Shown: positions 21,246-35,607, numbered from the stretch's first letter. The stretch is 64,000 nucleotides of DNA from PVC group bacterium (GCA_043804695.1 JAZDIV010000048.1:5941-69940), one strand, 5' to 3'. Notes: a model not told the origin generated them from the sequence alone. Translations and numbers: made by a program.

Positions 21246-21265
21246 TAAGTATCAATCACTGTGTT

Positions 21266-21865
21266 CTATAAGTACTTGAGAGCCCCTTTTAACAACCTCT
21301 CCACCGGCCAATCCGGTTCAGAGCCGGCCAGCGCCCGGCTCAATGCCTGCTGAGCCGCCGACTGCCGGTAACCGAGAGAGAGGAGCGCCCGCATCACGTC
21401 GGCGATTTTATCCTCGGCCCCCTCGAGGCCGGCCTTCCCCGCCGCTTTTCGGAGACGGGGGAGGAGTGTGATTTTATCCTTCAATTCGAGAATCAACCGT
21501 TCCGCGGTTTTTTTCCCGATTCCATGGATCGTAGAGAGGAGGTCAACGTCACCGGATACGACCGCCGTCTGGAAGGCGGAGACCGTGATCCCGCCGAGCA
21601 CTCCGAGAGCTACTTTCGGTCCTATTCTCGAAACACCGAGAAGCATTCTGAAGAGCTCCCTCTCCTCCCCGGTGGCGAAACCGTAAAGGGTTTGCTCATC
21701 TTCGCGAACGTACAGGTGGGTCAGAATGGTTAATTCCGTTTCGGGAACCGGGAGTCGTTCAAACGTGCTGACCGGGATGAGGAGGCGATAGCCGGTATTA
21801 TTTACCTCCACAACGGCGTAATCAGGAGCCGAGCTGACCAGTGTGCCTTTCAGATACTCGATCAT
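21266..21865 (-). CDS. ruvA: Holliday junction DNA helicase RuvA
   Basis: 199 aa, MIEYLKGTL start, HhH motifs. Confidence 0.9.
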   Translation of the reverse strand: MIEYLKGTLVSSAPDYAVVEVNNTGYRLLIPVSTFERLPVPETELTILTHLYVREDEQTLYGFATGEERELFRMLLGVSRIGPKVALGVLGGITVSAFQTAVVSGDVDLLSTIHGIGKKTAERLILELKDKITLLPRLRKAAGKAGLEGAEDKIADVMRALLSLGYRQSAAQQALSRALAGSEPDWPVERLLKGALKYL

Positions 21866-21899
21866 AAATAACTAAGCTCCGCAACTTTTTTGACAGGAC

Positions 21900-22020
21900 G
21901 ATTTGGGGACAGGACGATTACCCCCAACCTCACCCCCTTTTTAGCAGGACGATTATACGGCAGGACTATTAATTATAAGGGTTTTATTTTGTCTGAATTA
22001 TTTATCCTTCATCGTACTGT
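21900..22020. repeat. Tandem-unit hairpin, CAGGACGATT family
   Basis: gacaggacgatt x2, agcaggacgatt and ggcaggactatt on the left arm, with ataaatcgtcctgct on the right. Confidence 0.65.
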
Positions 22021-22068
22021 CGATAAATCGTCCTGCTTATACTCAGGAGAACATTAAATAGTACACAT

Positions 22069-22147
22069 GTCATTGCGAGGAACGAAGTGACGAAGCAATC
22101 TTAGCCAATTTAAAAACAAGAGATTGCTTCGCTCCGCTCGCAATGAC
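22069..22147. repeat. Palindromic 'GTCATTGCGAG...CGAAGCAATCT' element, copy D
   Basis: gtcattgcgaggaacgaagtgacgaagcaatcttagcc...agattgcttcgctccgctcgcaatgac. Confidence 0.8.
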
Positions 22148-22213
22148 CATCACAAAAGATGTAATCTATTTAATGTTCTTCTTAGTAAGTCGATTATTTA
22201 AATTCCGAACACC

Positions 22214-22714
22214 TTATTTTTCCGCAGGAAAAATAGTATCGTGAAAGTACGTAATCCCCAGGGCCAGGGCGTCCGAAACATCGAATGGAGTGGGGAGCGC
22301 ATCCAGTTTCAGCAGGACCTGAACCATTTTCTGGACCTGTCTTTTATCAGCCGCGCCGTTCCCGACCACGGCTTTCTTTACCCGTCGGGCGGCATAGGTG
22401 GAGACCGGGATATCCCGCCGGGCCGCGGCCAGACTGCACACACCCCGTACCTCTCCCAGGGTTAATGTCGATCTGATGTTCTTATGATAAAAGACGTCTT
22501 CGAGAATAAATCTCCGGGGATGGTACCGCTCAATCAGTCCTTCTATTGCGGAGTGGATACGGGCCAATTTTTCCGCCGAAGTCTTCAGCCCCTTGCCGGT
22601 AATTGTACCGGCAGCCAGGAGAATTATATCTTCGCCCCGTTTCTCGAGAACGCCATAGCCGGTCACATTGATTCCAGGGTCAACGGCGATGATGCGAAGG
22701 GCATTAGGGGTCAC
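22214..22714 (-). CDS. ruvC: crossover junction endodeoxyribonuclease RuvC
   Basis: 166 aa, RIIAVDPGINVTGYG RNase H-like start. Confidence 0.9.
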   Translation of the reverse strand: MTPNALRIIAVDPGINVTGYGVLEKRGEDIILLAAGTITGKGLKTSAEKLARIHSAIEGLIERYHPRRFILEDVFYHKNIRSTLTLGEVRGVCSLAAARRDIPVSTYAARRVKKAVVGNGAADKRQVQKMVQVLLKLDALPTPFDVSDALALGITYFHDTIFPAEK

Positions 22715-22737
22715 GGTTTCTCCCTGAAGGTTTCCAT

Positions 22738-23484
22738 CTATTCCAACTCGGCAAGAATCTCCTCGGGGATATCACAGTTTGAATAGACATTCTGCACATC
22801 GTCATGCTCTTCCAGCTCTTCGAGAAGTCCGAGCACCCGGCGGGCGTCATTCCCCTTGACGGGAACTTCATTGGTGGGGATCTCGGTGACCTCTCCGTGA
22901 CTGATCTGATACCCGTTCTCCAGCAGAGTGCTCTTAACCGCTTCGAAGTCAGACGGATCGGTATAAATTTCGAAACCGTCTTCCTCGGCTTTGAAGTCTT
23001 CCACCCCCGCATCCAGGACCAGAGAGAACAGCGCTTCCTCATTGACGCCGGAGGCGCCCACAGTGATAAAGCCTTTCTTCTCGAACAGATATGACACGCT
23101 TCCCGGGCCGGCAATGCTCCCCCCCTTTTTATCAAAGATGTGCCGGATCTCGGCGACGGTCCGGTTCTTGTTGTCGGTCAGCCCCCGGATCAGGATGGCA
23201 ACGCCTCCCGGGCCGTATCCTTCATACGCGGTTTCTTCGTAACTGGCGCCGGGAAGCTCGCCGGTGCCTTTTTTAATGGCCCGTTCGATATTCTCCACCG
23301 GCATGTTGGCGTCACGAGCAGCCTGCACCACGGCCCGCAGCTGCGAATTGGCGTCGATCTCCCCGCCCCCGCGGCGGGCGGCCACGGTGATCTCTTTCAC
23401 CAGCTTGCTGAAAAGCTTGCCGCGTTTCGCGTCCTTCGCTCCTTTCTTGTGCTTGATACTCGCCCACTTTGAATGACCGCTCAT
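22738..23484 (-). CDS. yebC: YebC/PmpR family DNA-binding transcriptional regulator
   Basis: 248 aa, MSGHSKWASIKHKKGAKDAKRGK start. Confidence 0.9.
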   Translation of the reverse strand: MSGHSKWASIKHKKGAKDAKRGKLFSKLVKEITVAARRGGGEIDANSQLRAVVQAARDANMPVENIERAIKKGTGELPGASYEETAYEGYGPGGVAILIRGLTDNKNRTVAEIRHIFDKKGGSIAGPGSVSYLFEKKGFITVGASGVNEEALFSLVLDAGVEDFKAEEDGFEIYTDPSDFEAVKSTLLENGYQISHGEVTEIPTNEVPVKGNDARRVLGLLEELEEHDDVQNVYSNCDIPEEILAELE

Positions 23485-23505
23485 TTGTTCCTCCGGAACA
23501 GTTTT

Positions 23506-23590
23506 AAGTGTAAAGTTTAAAGTGTAAGGTGTAAAGAATTCGCTTCTCTTGGCATTTAGACAGCAGCAGCAATCTTTACACTTTACACTT
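23506..23590. repeat. Tandem-unit hairpin, GTGTAAAG family (copy 1)
   Basis: gtgtaaagtttaaagtgtaaggtgtaaag...ctttacactttacac; related copies at 26965 and 35646. Confidence 0.75.
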
Positions 23591-23592
23591 AT

Positions 23593-23762
23593 CAGTCAGT
23601 CCATAATTATATGGACATGTCATTGCGAGGAGCGAAGCGACGAAGCAATCTCAACCCCATGCGCGGCAAGGGATTGCTTCGCGTAGTCTACCCCGATTTA
23701 TCGGGGCTCGCAATGACCGCAATCGTTGATGTAATTACTATAACGGTCGGATTAATAACACT
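23593..23762. repeat. Palindromic 'GTCATTGCGAG...CGAAGCAATCT' element, copy B (full length, inverted relative to copy A)
   Basis: agtcagtccataattatatggacatgtcattgcgagg...cgaagcaatct...ctcgcaatgaccgcaatcgttgatgtaattactataacggtcggattaataac is the reverse complement of 3250-3397. Confidence 0.85.
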
Positions 23763-23774
23763 TAATACATCCAC

Positions 23775-23825
23775 ACATCGCACATCCCCCCTCCTCCCGC
23801 GCCGGCGCGGGAGGAGGGGAGTGGT
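23775..23825. repeat. GC-rich near-perfect palindrome (15 bp arms)
   Basis: cccctcctcccgcgccggcgcgggaggagggg. Confidence 0.7.
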
Positions 23826-24045
23826 TTAGGAGAGATAGCAAAATAGTCACCAGTCATATCTCCCTCGACGCAGGGTCGTTGGTGGATAAAAAAAATTTCA
23901 AAGAACTAAAGTGTTACCAATAATCCAGATATCGCGGCTTTCGGTGTTACTGTTTTGGATTTGGAATTTTGGTCATTTGAAATTATTTTAGGATTTAGAT
24001 ATTATGATTTAGGATTTTAAAGCTTACGAGCTTGGCGAGCAAGCT

Positions 24046-26175
24046 CTACCCCTCTTCTTCCTTCTCATTTTTGGTCAACGCGATTACCTTCTGAGAGATC
24101 GTGGCAGGAACTTCCTCATACCTCTCGAACTCCATCGTGAACACCCCCTTGCCCCCGGTCAGCGATCGGAGTTCCGGGGTATACTTCAACATCTCCGCCA
24201 TCGGCACCTGAGCCTGGACGATCTGGCGGGAGCCGTCGGGCGTCATCCCCAAAATGCGGCCGCGCCGGGAGTTCAGGTCGCCGGTGATGGCCCCCATGTA
24301 CTCGGTGGGGACGGTGATCGAGACATTCATTATCGGCTCCATCAGAACCGGCTGGGCGCTCCGGGCACATTCCTTGAAGCCCTGGCGCCCCGCGATCTGA
24401 AAGGCGATGTCCTTGGAATCAACCGGATGGGTCTTGCCGTCATAAACGGTGGCGATGACATCCATCATGGGGTAACCGGCCAGCACCCCGCTTCCCATGG
24501 CGCTCAAATAGCCTTTCTTGACGCTCTGGACCAGCTGAGCCGGTATGTGGCCTCCCACTACCGCATCGGAGAAAAGCAGCTTCCCCCCCCAGGGGAGCTC
24601 AATCAGCTCTCTTTTCGCCTTGCCTTCCGCGTTTTCCGCCCCGGTGGTGTAAGGCTGAACGTGCATCCAGACCTCGGCGAACTGCCCCGCGCCGCCGGTT
24701 TGTTTCTTGTGGCGGTACTTGGTCTCCCCCTTTCCCCTGATCGTTTCCTTGTAAGCGACCCGGGGCGTTCTCAATTCGACATCGACATTGAAGATCTTGC
24801 TGAGCCGGTTGACGACGATCTGGATCTGGACCTCGCCCATCCCCGAGAGAACGTACTCTTTCGTCAGCGGGTCGAGGCGCCCCTTCAGGGTCGGATCTTC
24901 GTCGATCAGCTTGTGAAGCCCCTCGGCGATCTTGTCCTCGTCCCCCCGGTTCCTGGCGTAGACCGCCATCAGGGCGGTCGGCGAAGGAAAACGGAGCGCA
25001 GGAAACTGGCAGCTCTGCCCCGGCGCGCAGAGGGTGTCTCCGACCGACGTCTCCTTGAGCTTGGTCAGGGCGATGATATACCCGGGTATCGCCTGGGGGA
25101 TTTTAATCTGCTCCTTGCCCCGGAGGACGAAGAGATGGCTGACCCGCTCCTTGTGGCCGCTGGTGGAATTGAAGACCTCCGACTCCGCCGGAAGACAGCC
25201 TGACCAGACCCGGATGTACGACAGCTGCCCGACAAAAGGATCGTTGACGCTCTTGAAGACCCGGGCGCAGAAAGGAGCGTCTTTTCCGGGGGACATCCTG
25301 TCGTCTCCGACGGTTATCTCCCCCCGATCAGCCGGGGAGGGGAAGAGATCGCAGAAGCTCTGGAGCAGCTCATCCACCCCGACGGCGGTCAGGGCGCTGC
25401 CACAGAAGACCGGGCAGACGCCGCCGCGGGCGAAAGCGGCCCGGAAACCATCCCGGATTTCCGCCGGCTCCAGGGTTCCGTTCTCCAGGTATTTCTCGAT
25501 CAGGCTGTCCTGCGTCTCCGCGGCCGCTTCCATGATCTTCTCCCGGAAACCGTTGATTTGATCCCTCAAGCCGGCGGCGGCGGTATCCCCGGCCTTGCCG
25601 TCGAGGAGCCCGCACACCGTCGTGAAGGAGGAGTGATCCCCGCCGGGAAGGCATACCGGAAGCACGGGCGCCCCCAGTTCATCCCGGATGGCGGCCAGCG
25701 CTTTCGAGAACTGGGAATTCTCCCGGTCAAGCTTGTTGACAAAAAAAGCGACCGGCAGATTCCGGGAACGGGCCTCTTCCCATATCCGCCGGCTGCCGGT
25801 GTCGATCTCCCCCGTTCCGTCCACCACAATCAGAACGCTGTCCACCACTTCCAGGGCCACGACGACCTCTCCCCAGAAATCCATGTATCCCGGCGCATCC
25901 AGCAGAAAGAGATTCTTTCCCGCGACGGCACAGTTCAGGGGCGTGGTGCGCACGCTGCCTTTACGGGCCTTCTCCTCCTCATCGGTGTCCGAGATCGAAT
26001 TCCCTTCATCGACGCTGCCCTGCCGGCTGTTGGCCCCGGCCTTGTACATCAGGGCGTCGGCCAGGGTGGTCTTGCCGCAGCCGTTGCCGCCGAAAATCCC
26101 GATGGTCCGGACGTCCTTCACTTCATAATCAGCCATGGTCTTAACCTCGAAGATAGCCCTCGATAGTCCAGGCAT
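24046..26175 (-). CDS. elongation factor G family translational GTPase (EF-G paralog)
   Basis: 709 aa with G3 DAPGYMDF and G4 NKLD motifs; EF-G domains II-V including C-terminal FERYEEVP. G1 is divergent (GGNGCGKTT instead of AHxDxGKTT). The start may be the MADYEV ATG at about 26136. Confidence 0.75.
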   Translation of the reverse strand: MPGLSRAIFEVKTMADYEVKDVRTIGIFGGNGCGKTTLADALMYKAGANSRQGSVDEGNSISDTDEEEKARKGSVRTTPLNCAVAGKNLFLLDAPGYMDFWGEVVVALEVVDSVLIVVDGTGEIDTGSRRIWEEARSRNLPVAFFVNKLDRENSQFSKALAAIRDELGAPVLPVCLPGGDHSSFTTVCGLLDGKAGDTAAAGLRDQINGFREKIMEAAAETQDSLIEKYLENGTLEPAEIRDGFRAAFARGGVCPVFCGSALTAVGVDELLQSFCDLFPSPADRGEITVGDDRMSPGKDAPFCARVFKSVNDPFVGQLSYIRVWSGCLPAESEVFNSTSGHKERVSHLFVLRGKEQIKIPQAIPGYIIALTKLKETSVGDTLCAPGQSCQFPALRFPSPTALMAVYARNRGDEDKIAEGLHKLIDEDPTLKGRLDPLTKEYVLSGMGEVQIQIVVNRLSKIFNVDVELRTPRVAYKETIRGKGETKYRHKKQTGGAGQFAEVWMHVQPYTTGAENAEGKAKRELIELPWGGKLLFSDAVVGGHIPAQLVQSVKKGYLSAMGSGVLAGYPMMDVIATVYDGKTHPVDSKDIAFQIAGRQGFKECARSAQPVLMEPIMNVSITVPTEYMGAITGDLNSRRGRILGMTPDGSRQIVQAQVPMAEMLKYTPELRSLTGGKGVFTMEFERYEEVPATISQKVIALTKNEKEEEG

Positions 26176-26376
26176 AGTTAGAAACGGATTGAAATAAGTG
26201 CCTAAAGTTCAAAGTGCCTAAAGTGCCTAAAGTTAAAACTGCCCGCCGTGACTCTTGGCCGGGCGGGCCGGAACCGCCGGCGGAGCAATACTATAATTAC
26301 CGCAAGGAATGCCGAAGGCATTCCGATCCGGCAAGTCCCGGAGCGAAGCGACTGGACGATACTACATCTGTTCCAT

Positions 26377-26937
26377 TCACGCCCGCCCCAGGTATTCGCC
26401 GGTTCGGGTGTCGATCTTTATCTTCTCCCCCTCTCGGATGAAAAGCGGAACATTCAGCTCGAGGCCGGTCTCCATCCGGGCCGGCTTGCGGACATTGGTG
26501 GCGCTGTCCCCCTTCAGTCCTTCCGGCGCGGCGGTCACCGTCAGCGCCACGCTGGAGGGGAGTTCCAGCTGAATCGGGACATCCTCGTCGCTGCAGACCA
26601 GGTCATACTCGGCTCCCTCGACAATGTAATCCTGAGCAGATCCGACCAGGTTCTCATCGACCGTGACCTGATCAAATGTCTCGGGGTCAACAAAGACATA
26701 ACCCGGCCCGTCCCGGTAGCTGTACTGCAGCTTCTTCCTGGTCAGTGAAACGATCTCCACCGGCTCGGTGGACGAGAACCTGACCTGGGAAGAGCGGCCG
26801 TTCCGCAGATTGCGCAGAACCGCCTGAACATACGCGCCGCCCTTGCCCGGCTTGACCCGATCGAGGTCGAGGACCAGGCAGATATCGTCGTTATAACGGA
26901 CGGCATTCCCCCGTTTCATATCGTTGGCGATGGCCAT
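26377..26937 (-). CDS. efp: elongation factor P
   Basis: 186 aa; KPGKGGAYVQ loop carrying the conserved modified Lys. Confidence 0.9.
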   Translation of the reverse strand: MAIANDMKRGNAVRYNDDICLVLDLDRVKPGKGGAYVQAVLRNLRNGRSSQVRFSSTEPVEIVSLTRKKLQYSYRDGPGYVFVDPETFDQVTVDENLVGSAQDYIVEGAEYDLVCSDEDVPIQLELPSSVALTVTAAPEGLKGDSATNVRKPARMETGLELNVPLFIREGEKIKIDTRTGEYLGRA

Positions 26938-26964
26938 ATAAGTTAGCGCCTCCGGCGCAACTTG

Positions 26965-27026
26965 GTGTAAAGTTTAAAGTGGAAAATGTAAGGGATCTTT
27001 ACACTTTACACCTGACACTTTACACA
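26965..27026. repeat. Tandem-unit hairpin, GTGTAAAG family (copy 2)
   Basis: gtgtaaagtttaaagtggaaaatgtaagggatctttacactttacacctgacactttacac. Confidence 0.75.
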
Positions 27027-27107
27027 GCTGTATTGAAATTCCGAAGCAGCAAGTTAGCGCCTCCGAAGCTGCTAATGATATTATTTTTGCACAGCAAAAA
27101 TAATAAC

Positions 27108-27398
27108 TCAGCCTTTCACCGCCACCTCGAACCCCTCCCGGACCGGGGCTTCGCGGTAGAGCGGGTAGGAGGCGCGCTGCTCGAGATAGAGATTTACCTC
27201 CTCGCTCGCCTCGGCGTCCTTCCTGCTCTCCCAGATGGTGACGGAAATCGCTTTCGATCGTTCCCGGTCGATGAGCAGGTAAAAGTTCCGGTACCCTTTC
27301 TGAACCTTGATCTCGGGGTTGATATACTCCTCGTACAGCTCCCGGAACTCGTCGATCTTATCCGGCTTGATCGAGATCGTAATAAGCTGGGCGTACAT
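27108..27398 (-). CDS. antibiotic biosynthesis monooxygenase (ABM)/Dabb-family small protein
   Basis: 96 aa; ferredoxin-like ABM pattern (ITISIKPDKIDEFRELYEEYI...TIWESRKDAEA). Confidence 0.55.
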   Translation of the reverse strand: MYAQLITISIKPDKIDEFRELYEEYINPEIKVQKGYRNFYLLIDRERSKAISVTIWESRKDAEASEEVNLYLEQRASYPLYREAPVREGFEVAVKG

Positions 27399-27413
27399 AT
27401 GATACCCTCCCCT

Positions 27414-27644
27414 TATAAATTAGCGCCTCCGGCGCTAATTTAGAAGAATTTGGAGTGAATTGTACCTTTTAAACGTGTAACAGACTGATGATTACCCAAG
27501 AATTAGTTTGAATGTAACTGCTCAATAAACAACGGTAAGCCTTGAGTGTAATAAAATAAAACAAAATATTTTTTCCTGGTTGCTTTTTCGCCTGTTTCGG
27601 GAGTTCAATAATCGGATCTTTCCGATTATTGAAATTCCGAAACA
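27414..27644. repeat. ~225 bp dispersed repeat (family 2), copy 2
   Basis: Near-identical to 10696-10920; carries hairpin B at the ABM gene's ATG and an A'-A palindrome distally. Confidence 0.85.
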
Positions 27645-27833
27645 GGCACGTTAGCTCACGCATTAGATACTACAAAGCATACTCTCACGTCAATAAAACA
27701 AACGTACGGGCGGCACGTGGTGGAGAAAAAAGCAGGACTTCCGTTACATAAAAAAACCAGATAGACGAATCTATCCGGGAAAAAAGATTACTACAGCCAC
27801 AGTTTAAGAGAGAGAGACTGTGTAACAGTTTAA

Positions 27834-28091
27834 TCATGTTCTGATTATCTGCTCGTGCTCCTCCACTTTTTCGCCTATCGTATCTAACTTTTGATCTATT
27901 TTGCCTATTTGCTCTTGCAAATTTTTTGCCACCAAATTAAGTTTTAGCTCAGTTTCCCGATTAAGCTCCCGAGCCTCTTCCCTCACTTCACCGATGTCCC
28001 TCCTTAAAACTTGATGGCCCTCCAAGATCACATCAAATTTCCGGTCCATATGTTCCATGAGCACTTCAAATCTTTCTTTTTCATCCGGCAC
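27834..28091 (-). CDS. hypothetical small coiled-coil protein in AT-rich island
   Basis: 85 aa charged helical ORF inside a ~550 bp low-GC (~40%) segment downstream of the 5S rRNA; no recognisable family. Confidence 0.3.
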   Translation of the reverse strand: MPDEKERFEVLMEHMDRKFDVILEGHQVLRRDIGEVREEARELNRETELKLNLVAKNLQEQIGKIDQKLDTIGEKVEEHEQIIRT

Positions 28092-28221
28092 AGCTTTATT
28101 TCCTTTTGTTATTTATCGGCAATTATTATGGCTTAAACTTAAAATTTTAACAAGATATTTTTAATCGGACATAAAATAAGGGAGTGATTGCGCATTTTCG
28201 AAGAAAATGCGCAAAAAAATA

Positions 28222-28339
28222 GCCCCGCGGCAACCTACTCTCCCCCCCAGTCTCCCGGGAAGTACCATCGGCTCAGAAGGGCTTCACGACCGTGTTCGGG
28301 ATGGGAACGGGTGTTTCCCCTTCGATATGGCCACGGGAC
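28222..28339 (-). rRNA. rrf: 5S ribosomal RNA
   Basis: Reverse complement reads GTCCCGTGGCCATATCGAAGGGGAAACACCCGTTCCCATCCCGAACACGGTCGTGAAGCCCTTCTGAGCCGATGGTACTTCCCGGGAGACTGGGGGGGAGAGTAGGTTGCCGCGGGGC. 5' and 3' ends pair as helix I. Confidence 0.9.
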
Positions 28340-28522
28340 TAATTTTTTCGCTTCGCGAAAAAATTATTGTTATCTCAAGCCAACAATTTCTCCACGAAGC
28401 ACAAATAAATTAAGGTCAGTATCTTGTCTGTTAACTACTTCAAAAAGCTTCGGCGGGGATCTTAAACTATTTTATTTATCCCTCCCCGGAACGAACGTTC
28501 CGGGGAGGGAAAATAAAATATA

Positions 28523-31591
<3,069 letters not shown>

Positions 31592-31691
31592 AGTAAATAA
31601 TAATTTACCGATCTGCCTCGACTTCTTGCAGTACTCAAGACTTCCCGGAGGACAGACACTGCTCCCCCGGAATGCCTCAAGACCCTGACCT

Positions 31692-31707
31692 CAATTGTCA
31701 AAGAACA
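31692..31707 (-). promoter_or_regulatory. boxA-like antitermination element in the tRNA-Ala to 23S spacer
   Basis: Minus strand TGTTCTTTGACAATTG; matches E. coli boxA TGCTCTTTAACAATTT. Confidence 0.6.
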
Positions 31708-31745
31708 TAAAATTTTTCCGTACCGGAAAAATTTTATTAATAAAA

Positions 31746-31818
31746 TGGAGCTGAGGGGTTTCGAACCCCTGACCTCAGGCTTGCAAAGCCCGCGCTCTCC
31801 CAGCTGAGCTACAGCCCC
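31746..31818 (-). tRNA. tRNA-Ala (anticodon TGC)
   Basis: Reverse complement GGGGCTGTAGCTCAGCTGGGAGAGCGCGGGCTTTGCAAGCCTGAGGTCAGGGGTTCGAACCCCTCAGCTCCA; G3:U70 identity pair present. Confidence 0.92.
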
Positions 31819-31923
31819 TTAAAATTTTTTCCGAAGAAAAAATTTTAAGGACACATTACCATACCAGACATTTAATCAAAAGAGCAAATATCCAACAATA
31901 CTTCGCATCAGTCCACTCAGACA

Positions 31924-31997
<74 letters not shown>

Positions 31998-32235
31998 TTA
32001 TTTTTTTGCTCCGCAAAAAAATAATGTGTAGCGCCTTCGTCGCTACCAATTCTAATTCAAGGCGTTGATCTCAATTATCAAATCTTTATATAGATCCCGC
32101 TGAATATATTTTTTATTACGACGCAAAGCGTCGTAATCGCCTTTTTATTTCCTCCGCCGTTTTCCCTTGGAAAACGGCGGAGGAATATAAAAAGAATGGC
32201 AAGACGGGTCCAGCACGGAAGCCGTTGCTACTCTT

Positions 32236-33836
<1,601 letters not shown>

Positions 33837-33882
33837 GATTAAGAATTGATCCGGCTTCCGTACTGGAGCCCGTCTTACCATT

Positions 33883-33898
33883 CAATTGTCAAAGAACA
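33883..33898 (-). promoter_or_regulatory. boxA-like antitermination element in the 16S leader
   Basis: Minus strand TGTTCTTTGACAATTG, identical to the copy at 31692-31707. The adjacent leader pairs with the 16S trailer (ggtaagacgggctccagtacggaagccgg pairs with ccggcttccgtgctggacccgtcttgcc at about 32190-32218). Confidence 0.6.
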
Positions 33899-33994
33899 AA
33901 AAAAATGCATCCGCAGATGCATCGATGAATACCTGCGAAGAAATGTGGTGCTGCTTACATTGTAAAGGAACACCTCAATTTCATCAGCTTGCCA

Positions 33995-34050
33995 TTACCA
34001 TATACCACGAGGCGTCGTCTGTCAAGAGGAAAATGAAATTATTTTTTCGG
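33995..34050 (-). promoter_or_regulatory. candidate rrn P promoter with UP element
   Basis: Minus strand aaaaaataatttcattttcctcTTGACAgacgacgcctcgtggTATATGgtaatgg; consensus -35 with an AT-rich UP-like tract upstream. Confidence 0.45.
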
Positions 34051-34054
34051 GATA

Positions 34055-35278
34055 TCACCCAGCCAGCGCGATCCGGCAAAAATGCCGTTTGCCCAGCTTG
34101 AGAACGTCATTAGCTTTGACCGCGATCAGGGCCTCGTGTTCAACTATTTTTTCTCCGTTTAAACTGACCGCTCCCTCCTTGATCTTCCGGCGGGCCTCCG
34201 CGTTGCTGGAGACCAGCGATGCCTTCCGGAGCAGGGTTACGATGTTGATCATGCCTTCGGCCAGATCATCCGGCCCCAGCCGGAGAGACGGCATCTCCCG
34301 GGGCGCTTTTTTCTTCTGGTGGACCGTCTCAAAAGTCCGCTGCGCCTCGCGGGCGTCCTGACTCGAAGTAAACCGTTCGGCGATCTCGAAGGCCAGGTTC
34401 TTCTTCCAGATCAGGGGATTGGTCCCCGCGGCGCAGGCCCGCTTCGCCTCTCCGATTTCCTCGGCGCTCCGATCGGACAGCAGCTCGAAATAGCGCCACA
34501 TCATGTTGTCGGAGATGGACATTATCTTGCCGTAGATATCCCGGGCCGGCTCGCTGATCCCCACGTAGTTCCCCAGGCTCTTGCTCATTTTCTGCACCCC
34601 ATCGGTCCCTTCCAGCAGGGGGAGGGTCATGACCGTCTGCGGGGGCTGCCGGTATTCCCGTTGAATTTCCCGGGCCAGGAGCAGGTTAAAGGTTTGATCG
34701 GTCCCCCCCAGCTCCAGGTCGGACCGGACGATAACCGAGTCATACCCCTGCATCAGGGGATAGAGGAACTCCAGCACGCTGATCGGGCGCCCCGCCCGGT
34801 AGCGTTCCGAGAAATCATCGCGTTCCAGCATGCGGGCCACCGTATACTTGGAGGTGAGCTCAATGATATCGGAAAACTTCAGCGGCGAGAGCCAGGAGCT
34901 GTTGTAAACCACCTCGGTCTTTTCCCGGTCGAGAATCTTGAACACCTGCTCCTGATAGGTGCGGGCGTTCTCCATGATTTCGTCCCGGGAGAGGCGGCGG
35001 CGGGTCCTGGTTCTTCCGGAAGGATCGCCGACCAGCGCGGTGAAGTCACCGATGATGAATACGACCAGGTGGCCCAGATTCTGGAACTCGCGCAGCTTGC
35101 GGAGGGGAACGGTATGCCCGAGATGGATGTCGGGAGCCGAGGGGTCGGCGCCGTACTTGACCCGGAGCGGCCGCCCGGAGGAGAGGGAACCTCGGATTTT
35201 GACCGCCAGATCGTCTTCCGGAATGATCTCGACGGCGCCCCGCCGGATGATTTTCAGTTGCTGTTCTACCGGATCCAT
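34055..35278 (-). CDS. tyrS: tyrosine--tRNA ligase
   Basis: 407 aa; HIGH-type motif (HLGH), KMSKS, C-terminal S4 domain. Confidence 0.92.
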   Translation of the reverse strand: MDPVEQQLKIIRRGAVEIIPEDDLAVKIRGSLSSGRPLRVKYGADPSAPDIHLGHTVPLRKLREFQNLGHLVVFIIGDFTALVGDPSGRTRTRRRLSRDEIMENARTYQEQVFKILDREKTEVVYNSSWLSPLKFSDIIELTSKYTVARMLERDDFSERYRAGRPISVLEFLYPLMQGYDSVIVRSDLELGGTDQTFNLLLAREIQREYRQPPQTVMTLPLLEGTDGVQKMSKSLGNYVGISEPARDIYGKIMSISDNMMWRYFELLSDRSAEEIGEAKRACAAGTNPLIWKKNLAFEIAERFTSSQDAREAQRTFETVHQKKKAPREMPSLRLGPDDLAEGMINIVTLLRKASLVSSNAEARRKIKEGAVSLNGEKIVEHEALIAVKANDVLKLGKRHFCRIALAG

Positions 35279-35289
35279 CTATAAATTAG

Positions 35290-35465
35290 CGCCTTCGGCG
35301 CAACTTGGTTACGGCCAGGGTAACGATGCCCGTTTCGGCAAAGGTAACGGTAACGGCCACTCCGCCTGGCGCACGTAACCGTAACCGGCAGACGAAACCC
35401 CGATAAATCGGGGCAGGCTGGGCCTCGTAACCGTAACCGTAGCCGTTATTGAAATTCCAAAGCAG
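35290..35465. repeat. ~170 bp dispersed repeat (family 4, GTAACGG-rich), copy 1
   Basis: ggttacggccagggtaacgatgcccgtttcggcaaaggtaacggtaacggcc...gtaaccgtaaccgtagccgttattgaaattcc; about 85% identical to 38812-38960. Confidence 0.85.
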
Positions 35466-35468
35466 GAA

Positions 35469-35607
35469 CTTAGCCCTCACTTCGCTCGGGCGACTAAATA
35501 AAACTACGAATTACGCGAATTACACGAATTTTCTTTAAAATATCCCTGCACTGTCGGTTCAATGCTTGCACATTCTTATTTTTCCGGAGGAAAAATAAGA
35601 TTATTGA
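35469..35607. repeat. ~135 bp dispersed repeat (family 5), copy 1
   Basis: ctacgaattacgcgaattacacgaatt...gttcaatgcttgcacattcttatttttccggaggaaaaataag; second copy at 44153-44300. Confidence 0.8.

Noticed and set aside
28446-28475. Perfect 30-nt hairpin ccctccccggaacgaacgttccggggaggg as rho-independent terminator of the rrn operon
   Set aside because: It lies between 23S and 5S, so transcription must continue through it. It is more likely a processing stem than a terminator.
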